Source: Fervidobacterium sp.
Lineage (GTDB): Bacteria > Thermotogota > Thermotogae > Thermotogales > Fervidobacteriaceae
DNA: 64,000 bases
Reading direction: 5' to 3'
Assembly: GCA_049970055.1 (NCBI GenBank)
Contig: JBMFNR010000001.1
Span: 160,001-224,000, forward strand
Part shown: positions 20,672 to 31,025 of the stretch, one piece after another
Layout: every line of letters starts with the position of its first letter
How positions within the stretch are numbered: the stretch's first letter is position 1
The notes under the pieces: generated by a model
The model's input: the letters and a program-made list of their open reading frames with translations, nothing else
What the model was told of the DNA's origin: nothing
The model's database searches: none
Program-made: the position numbers and the translations under genes

Positions 20672-22072
20672 ATGTTTTCAAAAGATTTTATCTTCGGTGC
20701 TTCTATATCAGGTTTTCAATTTGAGATGGGGAATCCTAATGATAAAGAAGAAATTGATCCAAACACAGATTGGTTTGTATGGCTTCGTGATATAGGTAAT
20801 TTGGTAAACGGAACAGTTAGTGGTGATTTACCTGAGAATGGTTCTTGGTATTGGAAACAATATGAAAAAGTTCATCAACTAGCAGTAGATTTTGGATTAG
20901 AAGTTATGAGGATAGGTATTGAATGGTCGAGAATTTTTCCAACGAGTACAAAGGATGTTGAATACAACTCACCAAACATGCTCAATGAGCTTGATAGAAT
21001 TGCGAACCACCGAGCAGTCAAACATTATAGGGAAATCATTCTAGATATGAAACGCAAAGGATTAAGAGTTTTTGTCAATTTGTCTCACTTTACGCTACCA
21101 CTTTGGCTGCACGATCCTATAGCTGTTCATAGAGGAGAGCGTACACAAAGACTTGGTTGGGTTAGCGAAGATACACCCATCGAGTTTGCAAAATATGCCG
21201 AGTACATTGCGTGGAAATTTTCGGACAGCGTCGATATGTGGTCTTCAATGAACGAACCACATGTTGTGAGTCAACTTGGATATTTCCAAGTAAATGCAGG
21301 TTTTCCACCAAGTTATTTCAATCCCAGGTGGTACATAAAAAGTTTAGAGAATCAAGCCAAGGCACACAATTTTGCGTACGACGCAATTAAGAAGCATTCT
21401 AATAGTCCTGTTGGAATTATATATTCTTTTACCTGGTATGACACCGTTGATCCCAAGGACAAAGATATTTTTGAACACGCGATGGAGCTCACAAATTGGA
21501 GATTTATAGATTTGGTTAAAGATAAAATAGATTTTATAGGCCTTAATTACTACACAAGAGCTGTTATCGATAAACTACCTTTCAGTTTGAATTTTGACGA
21601 TTTCGAAATTGATTGGTACACTTTAAGTGGATACGGATATTCTTGTGAAGAGGGCGGATATTCTTTAGCTGGAAGACCTGCAAGTGAGTTTGGTTGGGAG
21701 ATATACCCCGAAGGTTTGTATTATCTAATTAAAGAAATCCATGCACGTTACAGTAAGTTGATTTACGTAACTGAGAATGGAATTGCAGATTCTAAAGACA
21801 AGTACAGAAGTTTTTTCATAATCTCTCATTTGTACGCTATTGAAAAGGCTATGAATGAGGGTATCCCTGTTAAGGGTTATTTACACTGGTCGATTATCGA
21901 TAACTTCGAATGGGCTAAGGGGTACAGAAAACGCTTTGGGCTTGCTTACACAGATTTTGAAAAGAAGATGTACGTGCCAAGACCATCTATGTACATATTT
22001 AAAGAAATAATCAAAGAAAGATCAATCGATAAATTCAAAGGATTTGATCCTTATGGACTCATGAAATTTTAA
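20672..22072 (+). CDS. Glycoside hydrolase family 1 (beta-glucosidase/beta-mannosidase, archaeal-like subgroup)
   Basis: GFQFEMG, VSGDLPENG, RIGIEWSRIFP, MNEP (acid/base), VTENG (nucleophile), DNFEWAKG; ATG 20672 after GGAGG. Confidence 0.95.
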   Translation: MFSKDFIFGASISGFQFEMGNPNDKEEIDPNTDWFVWLRDIGNLVNGTVSGDLPENGSWYWKQYEKVHQLAVDFGLEVMRIGIEWSRIFPTSTKDVEYNSPNMLNELDRIANHRAVKHYREIILDMKRKGLRVFVNLSHFTLPLWLHDPIAVHRGERTQRLGWVSEDTPIEFAKYAEYIAWKFSDSVDMWSSMNEPHVVSQLGYFQVNAGFPPSYFNPRWYIKSLENQAKAHNFAYDAIKKHSNSPVGIIYSFTWYDTVDPKDKDIFEHAMELTNWRFIDLVKDKIDFIGLNYYTRAVIDKLPFSLNFDDFEIDWYTLSGYGYSCEEGGYSLAGRPASEFGWEIYPEGLYYLIKEIHARYSKLIYVTENGIADSKDKYRSFFIISHLYAIEKAMNEGIPVKGYLHWSIIDNFEWAKGYRKRFGLAYTDFEKKMYVPRPSMYIFKEIIKERSIDKFKGFDPYGLMKF

Positions 22073-22116
22073 ATATTCTCTAAAATTTCCTGAAGGAGTG
22101 GTAAAGGAGTGATCAA

Positions 22117-23118
22117 GTGGTAACGATCAAAGATGTTGCTCGTGAAGCAGGTGTATCCATAGCTACAGTTTCGCGAGTTGTGAATGGATTTAGCAATGTA
22201 AGTGATAGTACACGGAAAAAAGTAATTCGTGCAATTAAAAATCTTGGCTACAAACCGATGCCTTCGTTAAGGAAAGCATCGGAATTGCTTTACAATATAG
22301 GTGTACTTCTACCTAATCTCGTTGGTGACCATTACAATGAAATATTAATGGCCATAGAGGATTACGCAAAAAAAAGTAATTTTGAAGTGATGGTCTCTGT
22401 TCCCAGTATGAAGCCGGAAATGGAAAAACATATTCTTGATCAGTATTTTAAAAGAAAAATTGATGGAATAATACTGTGCGAATTATACGGTGATGTTAAC
22501 TACCTAGATCCGTTTTTAAACAGCGGAATTCCAATTGTCGTACTTGATTTCTACATTGAAGAGGTGATTTGTGATTCAGTAAATATAGACAACGTAACTG
22601 GTGCGATTCAAGCGATGAAGTATCTCTACAAGATGGGTCACAGAAAAATACTTTATGTGAGAGGTCCTGAAAATTCACCTGCATCCAGGAACAGAGAAAA
22701 GGGAATCAAAAGGTTCGTTGATAGGCATAAAGATGTGGAAGTATTTTTTAGTGAACACGAAGGTTATAATCCAGAGGATGGTTATATTTCGGTAAAAAAG
22801 TTTTTGGAAAAATATGGGAAGACATTTACTGGAGTTTTTGCGGTAAATGACTGGTCAGCCATAGGTGCAATTAGGGCTTTAAGAGAACACGGGCTTTCAA
22901 TACCAGATGATGTATCCATAATAGGTTACGATGATGCACCTTACGCTGAGTATCTCTATCCACCTTTAACAACAATCCACCAACCTCGCTGGGAGATGGG
23001 ACAGATGGCGGCGCAACTGCTTATTGATAGAATTCTGGGTAAAGGTCCAAAAATTCCAAGAAATGTCATACTCCCAACGCAACTGATTGAAAGACACTCA
23101 GTAAAGAAAATAGAATGA
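22117..23118 (+). CDS. LacI-family transcriptional regulator (CelR-like)
   Basis: TIKDVAREAGVSIATVSRV HTH; IPDDVSIIGYDD, PPLTTIHQP. Confidence 0.93.
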   Translation: MVTIKDVAREAGVSIATVSRVVNGFSNVSDSTRKKVIRAIKNLGYKPMPSLRKASELLYNIGVLLPNLVGDHYNEILMAIEDYAKKSNFEVMVSVPSMKPEMEKHILDQYFKRKIDGIILCELYGDVNYLDPFLNSGIPIVVLDFYIEEVICDSVNIDNVTGAIQAMKYLYKMGHRKILYVRGPENSPASRNREKGIKRFVDRHKDVEVFFSEHEGYNPEDGYISVKKFLEKYGKTFTGVFAVNDWSAIGAIRALREHGLSIPDDVSIIGYDDAPYAEYLYPPLTTIHQPRWEMGQMAAQLLIDRILGKGPKIPRNVILPTQLIERHSVKKIE

Positions 23119-23125
23119 AGGTGCT

Positions 23126-24148
23126 ATGATGAGAAGCCTAAGGTACTTTTTGGTAATATTAGTGGTGATCTTTCTTATGAGTAATACGTGCGAGAAGAAC
23201 CAAGCAATTGAGAGAAAAAGCGCGTTTGAGTATAATCGAATGATAGGTCACGGTATAAACATGGGTAATGCACTGGAGGCTCCTTTTGAAGGCGCATGGG
23301 GAGTTTACATAGAAGATGAATACTTTAAGACTATAAAAGATCGAGGTTTTAACTCGGTAAGAATTCCAATCCGTTGGTCCGCTCATCTTTCCAATGAACA
23401 TCCTTACAAAATCGATGAAAAATTCTTAGCAAGGGTTAAGCATATCGTTGATGAAGCACTTAGAAATAATTTACTGGTAATAATCAATTGCCACCATTTT
23501 GAAGAACTTTACGAATCACCGGATGAGCACGGGAAGGTTTTAATTGAAATATGGCGGCAAATTTCGGAGTTCTTTAAAGATTATCCAGATACACTCTTTT
23601 TTGAGATACTCAACGAACCGGCACGCAATTTGACACCAGATAAGTGGAATGATTTATATCCAAATGTTTTAAATGTTATACGCAAGACAAATCCATTAAG
23701 ACTTATAATCATCGATGCGCCTAATTGGGCGTATTACAAATCTGTAAGCGAACTGAAATTAGTTAATGATCAGAACATCATAGTATCTTTTCATTACTAC
23801 GAACCATTTAATTTTACACATCAAGGCGCAGAGTGGGTAAACCCAACCCTACCGGTAGGTGTTCGCTGGGAAGGTAAAGATTGGGAAAAAGAGCAAGTAA
23901 TTACTCACTTTAAGTACGTAAATGATTGGGCAAAGAATAACAATGTCCCCGTATTTTTGGGAGAGTTTGGTGCGTATTCAAAAGCTGATATGGATTCAAG
24001 AGTAAAGTGGACAGACACAGTTAGGAAAATAGCGGAAGAATTTGGGTTTTCAATAGCTTACTGGGAATTCTGCGCAGGTTTTGGGTTATACGATAGGTGG
24101 TCAAAAAGTTGGATAGAACCTCTAACAACATCCGCGCTTGGAAAATAA
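23126..24148 (+). CDS. GH5 endoglucanase (Cel5A-type), secreted
   Basis: GINMGNALEAP, VRIPIRW, ILNEP, HYYEPFNFTHQGAEW, LGEFG; closely resembles Fervidobacterium/Thermotoga Cel5A. Confidence 0.95.
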   Translation: MMRSLRYFLVILVVIFLMSNTCEKNQAIERKSAFEYNRMIGHGINMGNALEAPFEGAWGVYIEDEYFKTIKDRGFNSVRIPIRWSAHLSNEHPYKIDEKFLARVKHIVDEALRNNLLVIINCHHFEELYESPDEHGKVLIEIWRQISEFFKDYPDTLFFEILNEPARNLTPDKWNDLYPNVLNVIRKTNPLRLIIIDAPNWAYYKSVSELKLVNDQNIIVSFHYYEPFNFTHQGAEWVNPTLPVGVRWEGKDWEKEQVITHFKYVNDWAKNNNVPVFLGEFGAYSKADMDSRVKWTDTVRKIAEEFGFSIAYWEFCAGFGLYDRWSKSWIEPLTTSALGK

Positions 24149-24171
24149 TTGGAAAGTAAGAGCAAAAATAT

Positions 24172-24202
24172 AAAAAGTGGCGGTTCATAACCGCCACTTT
24201 TT
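24172..24202. terminator. Bidirectional intrinsic terminator
   Basis: AAAAAGTGGCGGTT-cat-AACCGCCACTTTTT. Confidence 0.9.
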
Positions 24203-24249
24203 GTTACTTGATTTTGTTACTTAATATTTAAATCTATTCAATTAATCAA

Positions 24250-25962
24250 TTATCCTAATGCTCTTGGGTCAAATGCATCTCTTAATCCATCACCGACGAA
24301 GTTAAATGCCAGAACCACAACGAATATAAAGACACCTGGAATAAGGAGCCAAGGAGCTTTTTCAAGTATATAAACATCTTGCGCTGCTGTTAACATGTTA
24401 CCCCACGACGCAGATGGTTCTCTGATTCCAAGCCCAAGGTACGAAAGACCTGCTTCACCAAGTATATACCCTGGTATCGAAAGTGTTGAACTTACGATTA
24501 TATAAGTGGCCAAGTTAGGTATGATATGCCTCCACATGATCCTCATATCTGGGAAGCCAAGGGCTATAGCCGCTTCAACATATTCTCTTTGCCTTTCCGC
24601 TAATATCTGACCTCTGATTATTCTCGCTCTGCCTGGCCAACCTAGGAATGCAAGAATAAATATCAATAGCATATAAATTTGTGAGCTCGGAAGATCAACA
24701 GGTAAAAGTGCTCGTAGCATAAGTAACAAATAAAAACCCGGTATTGCCATAAGAATTTCACAAAATCGCATTATTAGCTCATCAACAAGCCCACCGTAAA
24801 ATCCCGCGATTGCACCGAAGAAAAGAGAAAGAACAAGAGTAACAAACAATCCGATGAAGCCTATGGTTAAAGAAACACGCGATGCAAAGATTATCCTACT
24901 CCACACATCTCTTCCGTACCTATCTGATCCAAATATGTTAAGTGACACGTACTCATTGTTATCGTAATTTTCAACGCCAAATAGATGATAATGTAAAGGA
25001 ATTATCCAAAACAAATAGCCAACCCTTTCAGGATCAGTACCAGTTGGTCCCCACGATTTTATGAAGAATTTTACAGGATAGAATTTGTAGTCGTAAGAGG
25101 TTACCTTTGCTTCATCTAGTGATATCACGTGCTCGTTAAAATCTTCGTCGTAATACTTTATTCCTACAAGCTCTTGCTCGATCCTTATGGCCGTAAGTCT
25201 TTTCATTACCTCCTGTTCATCTGATGTGTAAAAACCAATCTTCCAACCTTCGTTTTGCGCAACAAATGATCGTGCCGTTCTCGAGTCAGTTTCTCTAACG
25301 TTTTTGCCCTTTTCAATTAATAAGTTGTCGACCCCAAAAACAAGAGAATCTATATCACTTGTTTCATCGGAATATTGTTTAAATTCACCGTCTATTCTTG
25401 CGTACTTCACTGTGCGAACTACTAGCTTTATTTGTTCTGTAAGGACAAATTGTTTATCTAATTGCCTACCTTTTGGAAGGTATTTTGGTACAACTGTCCC
25501 ATCCTCTTTTACTTCAACTACGTGTTTATCAATCACAGTTAACTCCTTACCATCGTTGAATCTTACCTTAATTCTACTTGGGAAGAGCATCGATCTAAAA
25601 TTTTGGGTGAAATCAAGATTATCAATGTAACTGATTTCAGGAAGTACATAAGGCAACATTTTTGTTTTCAAATCAGCAACTTGGTAATTATAAAGCACGG
25701 TAGTCGGTTTCTTTAGCGAGTGATTTAGGTTTTGTTGGAAAGGATTGTACGGTGCTAAAAAGTCCGCAAAAATCATTGCGATGTACATTACAACAAGTAC
25801 CAACATACCAAACATTGCAAGTTTGTTCTTCTTAAAGGCACGCCACATCAACTGTCCTCGTGATAAATAGACATCTTCGAAATCTATAGATTCCTCTTGT
25901 TGGGGTATACCTTTATGATCGACATTTTGTTTTTTAAGTTTGTTTTTATCATTTTTGCTCAT
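24250..25962 (-). CDS. oppC: Oligopeptide ABC permease OppC with a large extracytoplasmic insertion
   Basis: MWRAFKKNKLA, FGSDRYGRDVWSR, RHIIPN, EAGLSYLGLG, DAFDPR; 570 aa. Confidence 0.9.
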   Translation of the reverse strand: MSKNDKNKLKKQNVDHKGIPQQEESIDFEDVYLSRGQLMWRAFKKNKLAMFGMLVLVVMYIAMIFADFLAPYNPFQQNLNHSLKKPTTVLYNYQVADLKTKMLPYVLPEISYIDNLDFTQNFRSMLFPSRIKVRFNDGKELTVIDKHVVEVKEDGTVVPKYLPKGRQLDKQFVLTEQIKLVVRTVKYARIDGEFKQYSDETSDIDSLVFGVDNLLIEKGKNVRETDSRTARSFVAQNEGWKIGFYTSDEQEVMKRLTAIRIEQELVGIKYYDEDFNEHVISLDEAKVTSYDYKFYPVKFFIKSWGPTGTDPERVGYLFWIIPLHYHLFGVENYDNNEYVSLNIFGSDRYGRDVWSRIIFASRVSLTIGFIGLFVTLVLSLFFGAIAGFYGGLVDELIMRFCEILMAIPGFYLLLMLRALLPVDLPSSQIYMLLIFILAFLGWPGRARIIRGQILAERQREYVEAAIALGFPDMRIMWRHIIPNLATYIIVSSTLSIPGYILGEAGLSYLGLGIREPSASWGNMLTAAQDVYILEKAPWLLIPGVFIFVVVLAFNFVGDGLRDAFDPRALG

Positions 25963-25977
25963 TTCATCAAGCCCTCC

Positions 25978-26943
25978 TTATTCGTATCTAATTCTCGGAT
26001 CTACTGCTGCAAGGAGAACATCTCCAACAAGGTTCCCAATGATAAGCAAAACAGTACTTATAACCGTGCTTGCCATAACAACGTAATAATCTTTTTGTAG
26101 AAGAGCTTGATATGTTAGTCTGCCAAGCCCAGGCCATGAGAATATCGTTTCAGTAATAACGGCTCCACTAAGTAAACCAGCTAAACTCCCACCAAACATA
26201 GTAACAAGTGGGTTTATAGCATTTCTTAATGCGTGCTTGTATATAACAACCCTTTCGGGCATTCCTTTCGCTCTTGCGAATTCTACATAATCTTCGCTGA
26301 GAACATCAAGAAGCGTACCTCTTTGATACCTCATTAATCCAGCAAAACTACCAAATGTTAAAGTAAGCGCTGGAAGTTGCAATCTCCAAAAGATGTCCTT
26401 AAATGCATTCCATACATCGAGTCGCACTGTCTCAGGACTATACATCCCACCTATTGGGAACCATCCGGTTCTTGCTGCCATGTACAAAAGTAGTAGTGCG
26501 AGGAAAAACCCAGGAAGCGCTAAACCACTAAATGCAACAACCGTCAATATCTTATCTGTGATTGTGTATTTTTTCAAAGCAGAAACAACACCAAGAAATA
26601 CTCCAATTATCCACGAGAGAACAAAAGAATACAGAGATAAAACAAACGTTCCAAGCAACCTTTCGGAAATAAGCGAAACTACAGGCCGTCTGTAGTAGAA
26701 AGAGAATCCGAAGTCAAGTTTTAAGAGTTTACCAAACCAGTAAAAATATTGAACAACGGCAGGTTTGTCAAGACCAAGCTCTTTTTCCATAGCTTGCAAA
26801 GTTTCTTTTGAGATAGATGGATCGAGTTTGTACTGATCTAGGAATGTACCTGGCGACAATTGCATGAGTGTGAAGACAATTACTGTTATTATCCATAGTT
26901 CGGGTATCAATATTATAAGCCTGCGTGCGATGTATTTAATCAA
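25978..26943 (-). CDS. oppB: Oligopeptide ABC permease OppB
   Basis: YIARRL, ARAKGMPE, HALRNA, TETIFSWPGLG, VDPRIR. Confidence 0.92.
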   Translation of the reverse strand: MIKYIARRLIILIPELWIITVIVFTLMQLSPGTFLDQYKLDPSISKETLQAMEKELGLDKPAVVQYFYWFGKLLKLDFGFSFYYRRPVVSLISERLLGTFVLSLYSFVLSWIIGVFLGVVSALKKYTITDKILTVVAFSGLALPGFFLALLLLYMAARTGWFPIGGMYSPETVRLDVWNAFKDIFWRLQLPALTLTFGSFAGLMRYQRGTLLDVLSEDYVEFARAKGMPERVVIYKHALRNAINPLVTMFGGSLAGLLSGAVITETIFSWPGLGRLTYQALLQKDYYVVMASTVISTVLLIIGNLVGDVLLAAVDPRIRYE

Positions 26944-26983
26944 GCTTATCCACCTCCAGAGAATGTTTGACAGCCAAAAATTT

Positions 26984-27013
26984 TAAAAGCGGGGCGGGGA
27001 AAACCGCCCCGCT
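26984..27013 (-). terminator. Intra-operon hairpin after oppA (partial terminator or mRNA stabiliser)
   Basis: Minus strand AGCGGGGCGG-ttttcc-CCGCCCCGCT followed by TTT. Confidence 0.75.
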
Positions 27014-27028
27014 ATAAGAAAGAAATCA

Positions 27029-28759
27029 TTATTCTTTGTACAACCAGTCAAGGTTCCAAGTTGTTCCACCAAGTAGTGTTATCTTAATGTTCTTTACAGT
27101 ATTTCTCCATGCAAAGAGTCTCAAACTGTTGACTGTGTAAATAAGTGGTATATTTTCCGAAGCAAGTTTCTGGAATTTCGCCCAGTAGTCCTTAACGACA
27201 TTATCATCGAGGATTCTAACATTTTCTCTGAATATCTTATCGATTTCTTTTTCAAAGTCTGGTACTGAATAGGCTTTTGCATCTACCCAGTCAGCAACTT
27301 CTGGAGAGAGGTTCCAGAAGTGTAATGAACCATCTATGGCCCATACATTTCTTCCACCTTGTGGCTCATCTGAACCTGTTAAACCTATAATGATTGCGTC
27401 CCAGTCACCGACGTTAAGCATTCTGTTGACAAGCGTGTTGAAGTCACCTGGTGCAAATGTTACATCCATACCAAGCTGTTTGAGTGCTGCCGTGATAATG
27501 TTGCCCATACCTTCACGTACTGTATTACCAGCATTTGTTTCAACCGTGAACTTGACAGGTCTTCCTTTGCTGTCGATGAGTTTTCCATTCTTATCCCATC
27601 CAAATCCACCAAGTTTTAGTTCCGCTCTTGCCTTGTTAAGATCAAACGGATATTTAACCGTAACTTTATCATTGTAGTATGGTGATGCCATGGAAACTGG
27701 TGACCATTGTTCAACTGCAAGACCGTTGAAGAGCGTGTCAATCATCTTTTTCTTATCCATTGCGTAGGCAACAGCTTTTCTGAAATGTACATTTCTGAAC
27801 CATTCTCTCTTTGCCTCATCTTTGTTGTTCCAATTGAACGTAATGAATTGTGTACCGTACGCTGGACCGTATGCAAGAACTGTAATGTTGAATTTCTTTT
27901 CGTTTTCCTTAAAGTAGTTAAATTCGGTACCTCTTGGTGAGTAAATGTCGACTTCACCTTTTTCAAATGCTAGTTTTTGTGCATCTTGTGAGGAAATTAT
28001 CTTGTAAACGACTTCATTCAAATATGGTAATTGTGTACCGTTTTTATCTTTCTTCCAGTAGTATGGGTTTGCTGTGAATCTTACAAATTGGTCTGGTACA
28101 TATTCGACGGGAATGAATGGCCCTAAACCAACGATTTCCTTTTTGTTGATTGAATCTACTGTCCAGAATTCTGCAAACTTTTTATTCTTTACCCAGCTTT
28201 CTGCTTTGTATTTTGGGAATATGTACATTCCACCAAGATACCTGAATGCAAGCCTGAACGGTTCTGGATAATACATTCTGACTGTGTAGTCGTTTATCTT
28301 CGTTGCTTTTGGTAAGTATCCATTTGTGCTTTTAATAACATCTTTGAACGAACTTGCGATGTCTGGGTTTGTGTAAATTTCATTGAGTGTGAATACAACA
28401 TCGTCAGCCGTGAATGGTGTGCCGTCGCTCCATTTTACACCTTTTCTAAGGTACCATATAATTTCCATACCACCATCTTTTGTTAGACGTGGACCATCCC
28501 ATTTCTCAGCAAGTGCAGGATAGAAATTCCCATCTCTTGCATCTCTTTCAATAAGTGTTCCACCCCAACTCATGAACATGGAGATAACGTCCGATGAGCT
28601 TGTTTCCTTTGAGACAGTGTCGTTAACTGTTCTTGGACCACTAAGTGTTGGAAGTACAAGCGTACCACCTTTCTTACCGGTAGCATCTTCACCAATGTAA
28701 CCAGCAAAAGCAAAGAAAACAAAAAGCGACACTAAAAGTGTTACGAGAACCTTTCTCAT
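27029..28759 (-). CDS. oppA: Oligopeptide ABC substrate-binding protein OppA
   Basis: Signal peptide; LRKGVKWSDGTPFTADDVVFT; NPYYWKKDKNGTQLPYL. Confidence 0.9.
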   Translation of the reverse strand: MRKVLVTLLVSLFVFFAFAGYIGEDATGKKGGTLVLPTLSGPRTVNDTVSKETSSSDVISMFMSWGGTLIERDARDGNFYPALAEKWDGPRLTKDGGMEIIWYLRKGVKWSDGTPFTADDVVFTLNEIYTNPDIASSFKDVIKSTNGYLPKATKINDYTVRMYYPEPFRLAFRYLGGMYIFPKYKAESWVKNKKFAEFWTVDSINKKEIVGLGPFIPVEYVPDQFVRFTANPYYWKKDKNGTQLPYLNEVVYKIISSQDAQKLAFEKGEVDIYSPRGTEFNYFKENEKKFNITVLAYGPAYGTQFITFNWNNKDEAKREWFRNVHFRKAVAYAMDKKKMIDTLFNGLAVEQWSPVSMASPYYNDKVTVKYPFDLNKARAELKLGGFGWDKNGKLIDSKGRPVKFTVETNAGNTVREGMGNIITAALKQLGMDVTFAPGDFNTLVNRMLNVGDWDAIIIGLTGSDEPQGGRNVWAIDGSLHFWNLSPEVADWVDAKAYSVPDFEKEIDKIFRENVRILDDNVVKDYWAKFQKLASENIPLIYTVNSLRLFAWRNTVKNIKITLLGGTTWNLDWLYKE

Positions 28760-28761
28760 AC

Positions 28762-29775
28762 CTACACCTCCCTTTTATCTACCAGGTGGCATGCAACCTG
28801 GTGATTTGAAGAAATTGATTTCATCTGAGGATATTCCTTTTCACATATATCCATTTTAAATGGACATCTTGGATGGAAGAAACATCCATTTGGTCTTGCT
28901 ATAGGGCTTGGAACGTTACCTGTGAGAATTATCCTTTTTCTTTTCTTTTCTATCGCAGGGTCAGGTATTGGTGATGCCGAGAGCAAAGCCTTTGTATACG
29001 GATGAACTGGATTATCAAATACTTCGTTCACGTTCCCCATTTCGACAATCTTTCCAAGATACATAACGGCAACATCATTACTTATGAACCTAACCAATGA
29101 AAGGTTATGTGATATAAAAACATAAGTTAAACCAAGTTCTTCTTGGAATTTCAAGAGTAAATTGACTATCTGTGCCTGAACAGAGACATCGAGAGCAGAT
29201 GTTGGTTCATCAAGATAAATTATCTCAGGATCGACGCTAAGAGCACGTGCTATAGCTATCCTTTGCTTTTGCCCACCACTAAATTGGTGTGGGTATCTGT
29301 CCATATGGAATGGTTTTAAACCAACCATTTTGAGAAGTTCAACAGCTTTTTCATTGGCTTCTTGCTGGTTTTGAACTATTTTATGAAAGAGCATTGGTTC
29401 TGTCAATATCTGGCCAACTGTCATTCTTGGGTTCAACGAACCTATTGGATTTTGGAAAACTATCTGCATCTTTCTTCTAAATGGTAATAACTCTTCTCTG
29501 GAAAACTTAGATATATCTGTACCAAAAATCTCGATCTTACCATCTGTTGGATCTATTAACCTTAACATTACTCTTGCTGTCGTTGTCTTTCCGCAACCGG
29601 ACTCACCAACGAGCGCAAAAGTTTCACCACGTTTCACTTGAAATGAGACATCATCAACAGCTTTGACATCAGCTACGTGCTTTTTAATGAGAAAACCCTT
29701 GTATATAGGGAAAAATTTCTTTAAGTTTTCTACCCTGATTATTACCTCGTTTTTTGCCGTATCAGGCATATACAT
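28762..29775 (-). CDS. oppF: Oligopeptide ABC ATP-binding protein OppF
   Basis: GESGCGKT, FSGGQKQR, DEPTSALDVSVQAQ. Confidence 0.93.
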   Translation of the reverse strand: MYMPDTAKNEVIIRVENLKKFFPIYKGFLIKKHVADVKAVDDVSFQVKRGETFALVGESGCGKTTTARVMLRLIDPTDGKIEIFGTDISKFSREELLPFRRKMQIVFQNPIGSLNPRMTVGQILTEPMLFHKIVQNQQEANEKAVELLKMVGLKPFHMDRYPHQFSGGQKQRIAIARALSVDPEIIYLDEPTSALDVSVQAQIVNLLLKFQEELGLTYVFISHNLSLVRFISNDVAVMYLGKIVEMGNVNEVFDNPVHPYTKALLSASPIPDPAIEKKRKRIILTGNVPSPIARPNGCFFHPRCPFKMDICEKEYPQMKSISSNHQVACHLVDKREV

Positions 29776-30769
29776 CCCCTCCAGCTTCTACTGGGTTAAA
29801 GCACCTAACGAAATGGTTTGGCTCGAGCTCTTCGAATTTCGGTAACTCTTTTGTACATTTGTCTAACCTTCTCGGGCACCTTGGCGCGAATGGGCAAACA
29901 TCTGGAACATCAATCATCCTTGGCGGTTGACCGGGGATAGCTTCTAACTTATCCTGTTTTATGTCAACCCTTGGTATTGATTTTAATAACATATTCGTGT
30001 ATGGATGCATTGGTTTATGGAAGATATCTTCAGCAGCACCAAGTTCCATCTGTCGTCCACCGTACATTACCATAACTCTATCAGCCATAGCGGATATAAC
30101 GCCGAGATCGTGTGTAATAAACAACGTCCCCGTTCTTAATTCTTTTTGTAATTCTTTCATGAGTTCAAGAACTTGTGCTTGTATAGTAACATCTAAAGCT
30201 GTCGTTGGCTCATCGGCTATGAGTATTTTCGGATTACAAGAAAGAGCGATCGCTATAACTACACGTTGCTTCATTCCACCACTGAACTCAAAAGGGTATG
30301 AATTCATTCTTTTTTCCGGTTCAGGAATTTGAACTTTTCTAAGCATTTCAACAGCGAGATTCCAAGCAGTTGACCTATCGACATCTTGGTGTTGCATAAT
30401 GGTTTCAATGAGTTGATCGCCAATTGTGTACAATGGATTAAGAGATGTGAGTGGATCTTGGAAGATCATCGATATTTCTTTACCTCTTATTTGGGTTAGC
30501 TCATCTTCATCCATTTTTACAATATCTTCTTCTTTTCCACGACCCCTGTAAATTATCTGCCCACTAACTATTTTCCCAGGATGATGAATTAGTCTCATGA
30601 TACTCCTAACGGTTATACTTTTACCAGAACCAGTTTCTCCAACAATTCCGAGAACTTCATTCTCGGAAAGTTCAAAAGAAACATTGTTTACAGCCTTTAA
30701 GACTCCCTCTTCCAAGTAAAACCAGGTACTTAGGTTTCTAACGCTGAGTATGGATTCCAAAACTACCAA
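29762..30769 (-). CDS. oppD: Oligopeptide ABC ATP-binding protein OppD
   Basis: GETGSGKS, FQDPLTSLNP, FSGGMKQR, DEPTTALDVTIQAQ. Confidence 0.93.
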   Translation of the reverse strand: MVVLESILSVRNLSTWFYLEEGVLKAVNNVSFELSENEVLGIVGETGSGKSITVRSIMRLIHHPGKIVSGQIIYRGRGKEEDIVKMDEDELTQIRGKEISMIFQDPLTSLNPLYTIGDQLIETIMQHQDVDRSTAWNLAVEMLRKVQIPEPEKRMNSYPFEFSGGMKQRVVIAIALSCNPKILIADEPTTALDVTIQAQVLELMKELQKELRTGTLFITHDLGVISAMADRVMVMYGGRQMELGAAEDIFHKPMHPYTNMLLKSIPRVDIKQDKLEAIPGQPPRMIDVPDVCPFAPRCPRRLDKCTKELPKFEELEPNHFVRCFNPVEAGGDVYA

Positions 30770-30873
30770 GCCTCCTTTTAAGCTTGAAGAATCTGTGATT
30801 AAGAAATTTATCTATTCATATTTTAAGGGTGAAGATTAATGATATCTTCAGGAGTCTTAGCTAAACTATTTCT

Positions 30874-30903
30874 ATTATACCATATAAAAACACGCACAGA
30901 CAA
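30874..30903 (-). promoter_or_regulatory. Putative promoter of the opp operon
   Basis: TTGTCT-N18-TATAAT with TGn extension. Confidence 0.55.
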
Positions 30904-31025
30904 CGGTTTATATTTTCAAAATTACATTGAATTTTAACAAATATTTATGGAAAATTACTCTTTTACACTAGTATTCGCAAAAGGTTTTCTGGAAGTTTTG
31001 GTATGCTTTTTTCGAACACTTTTTG

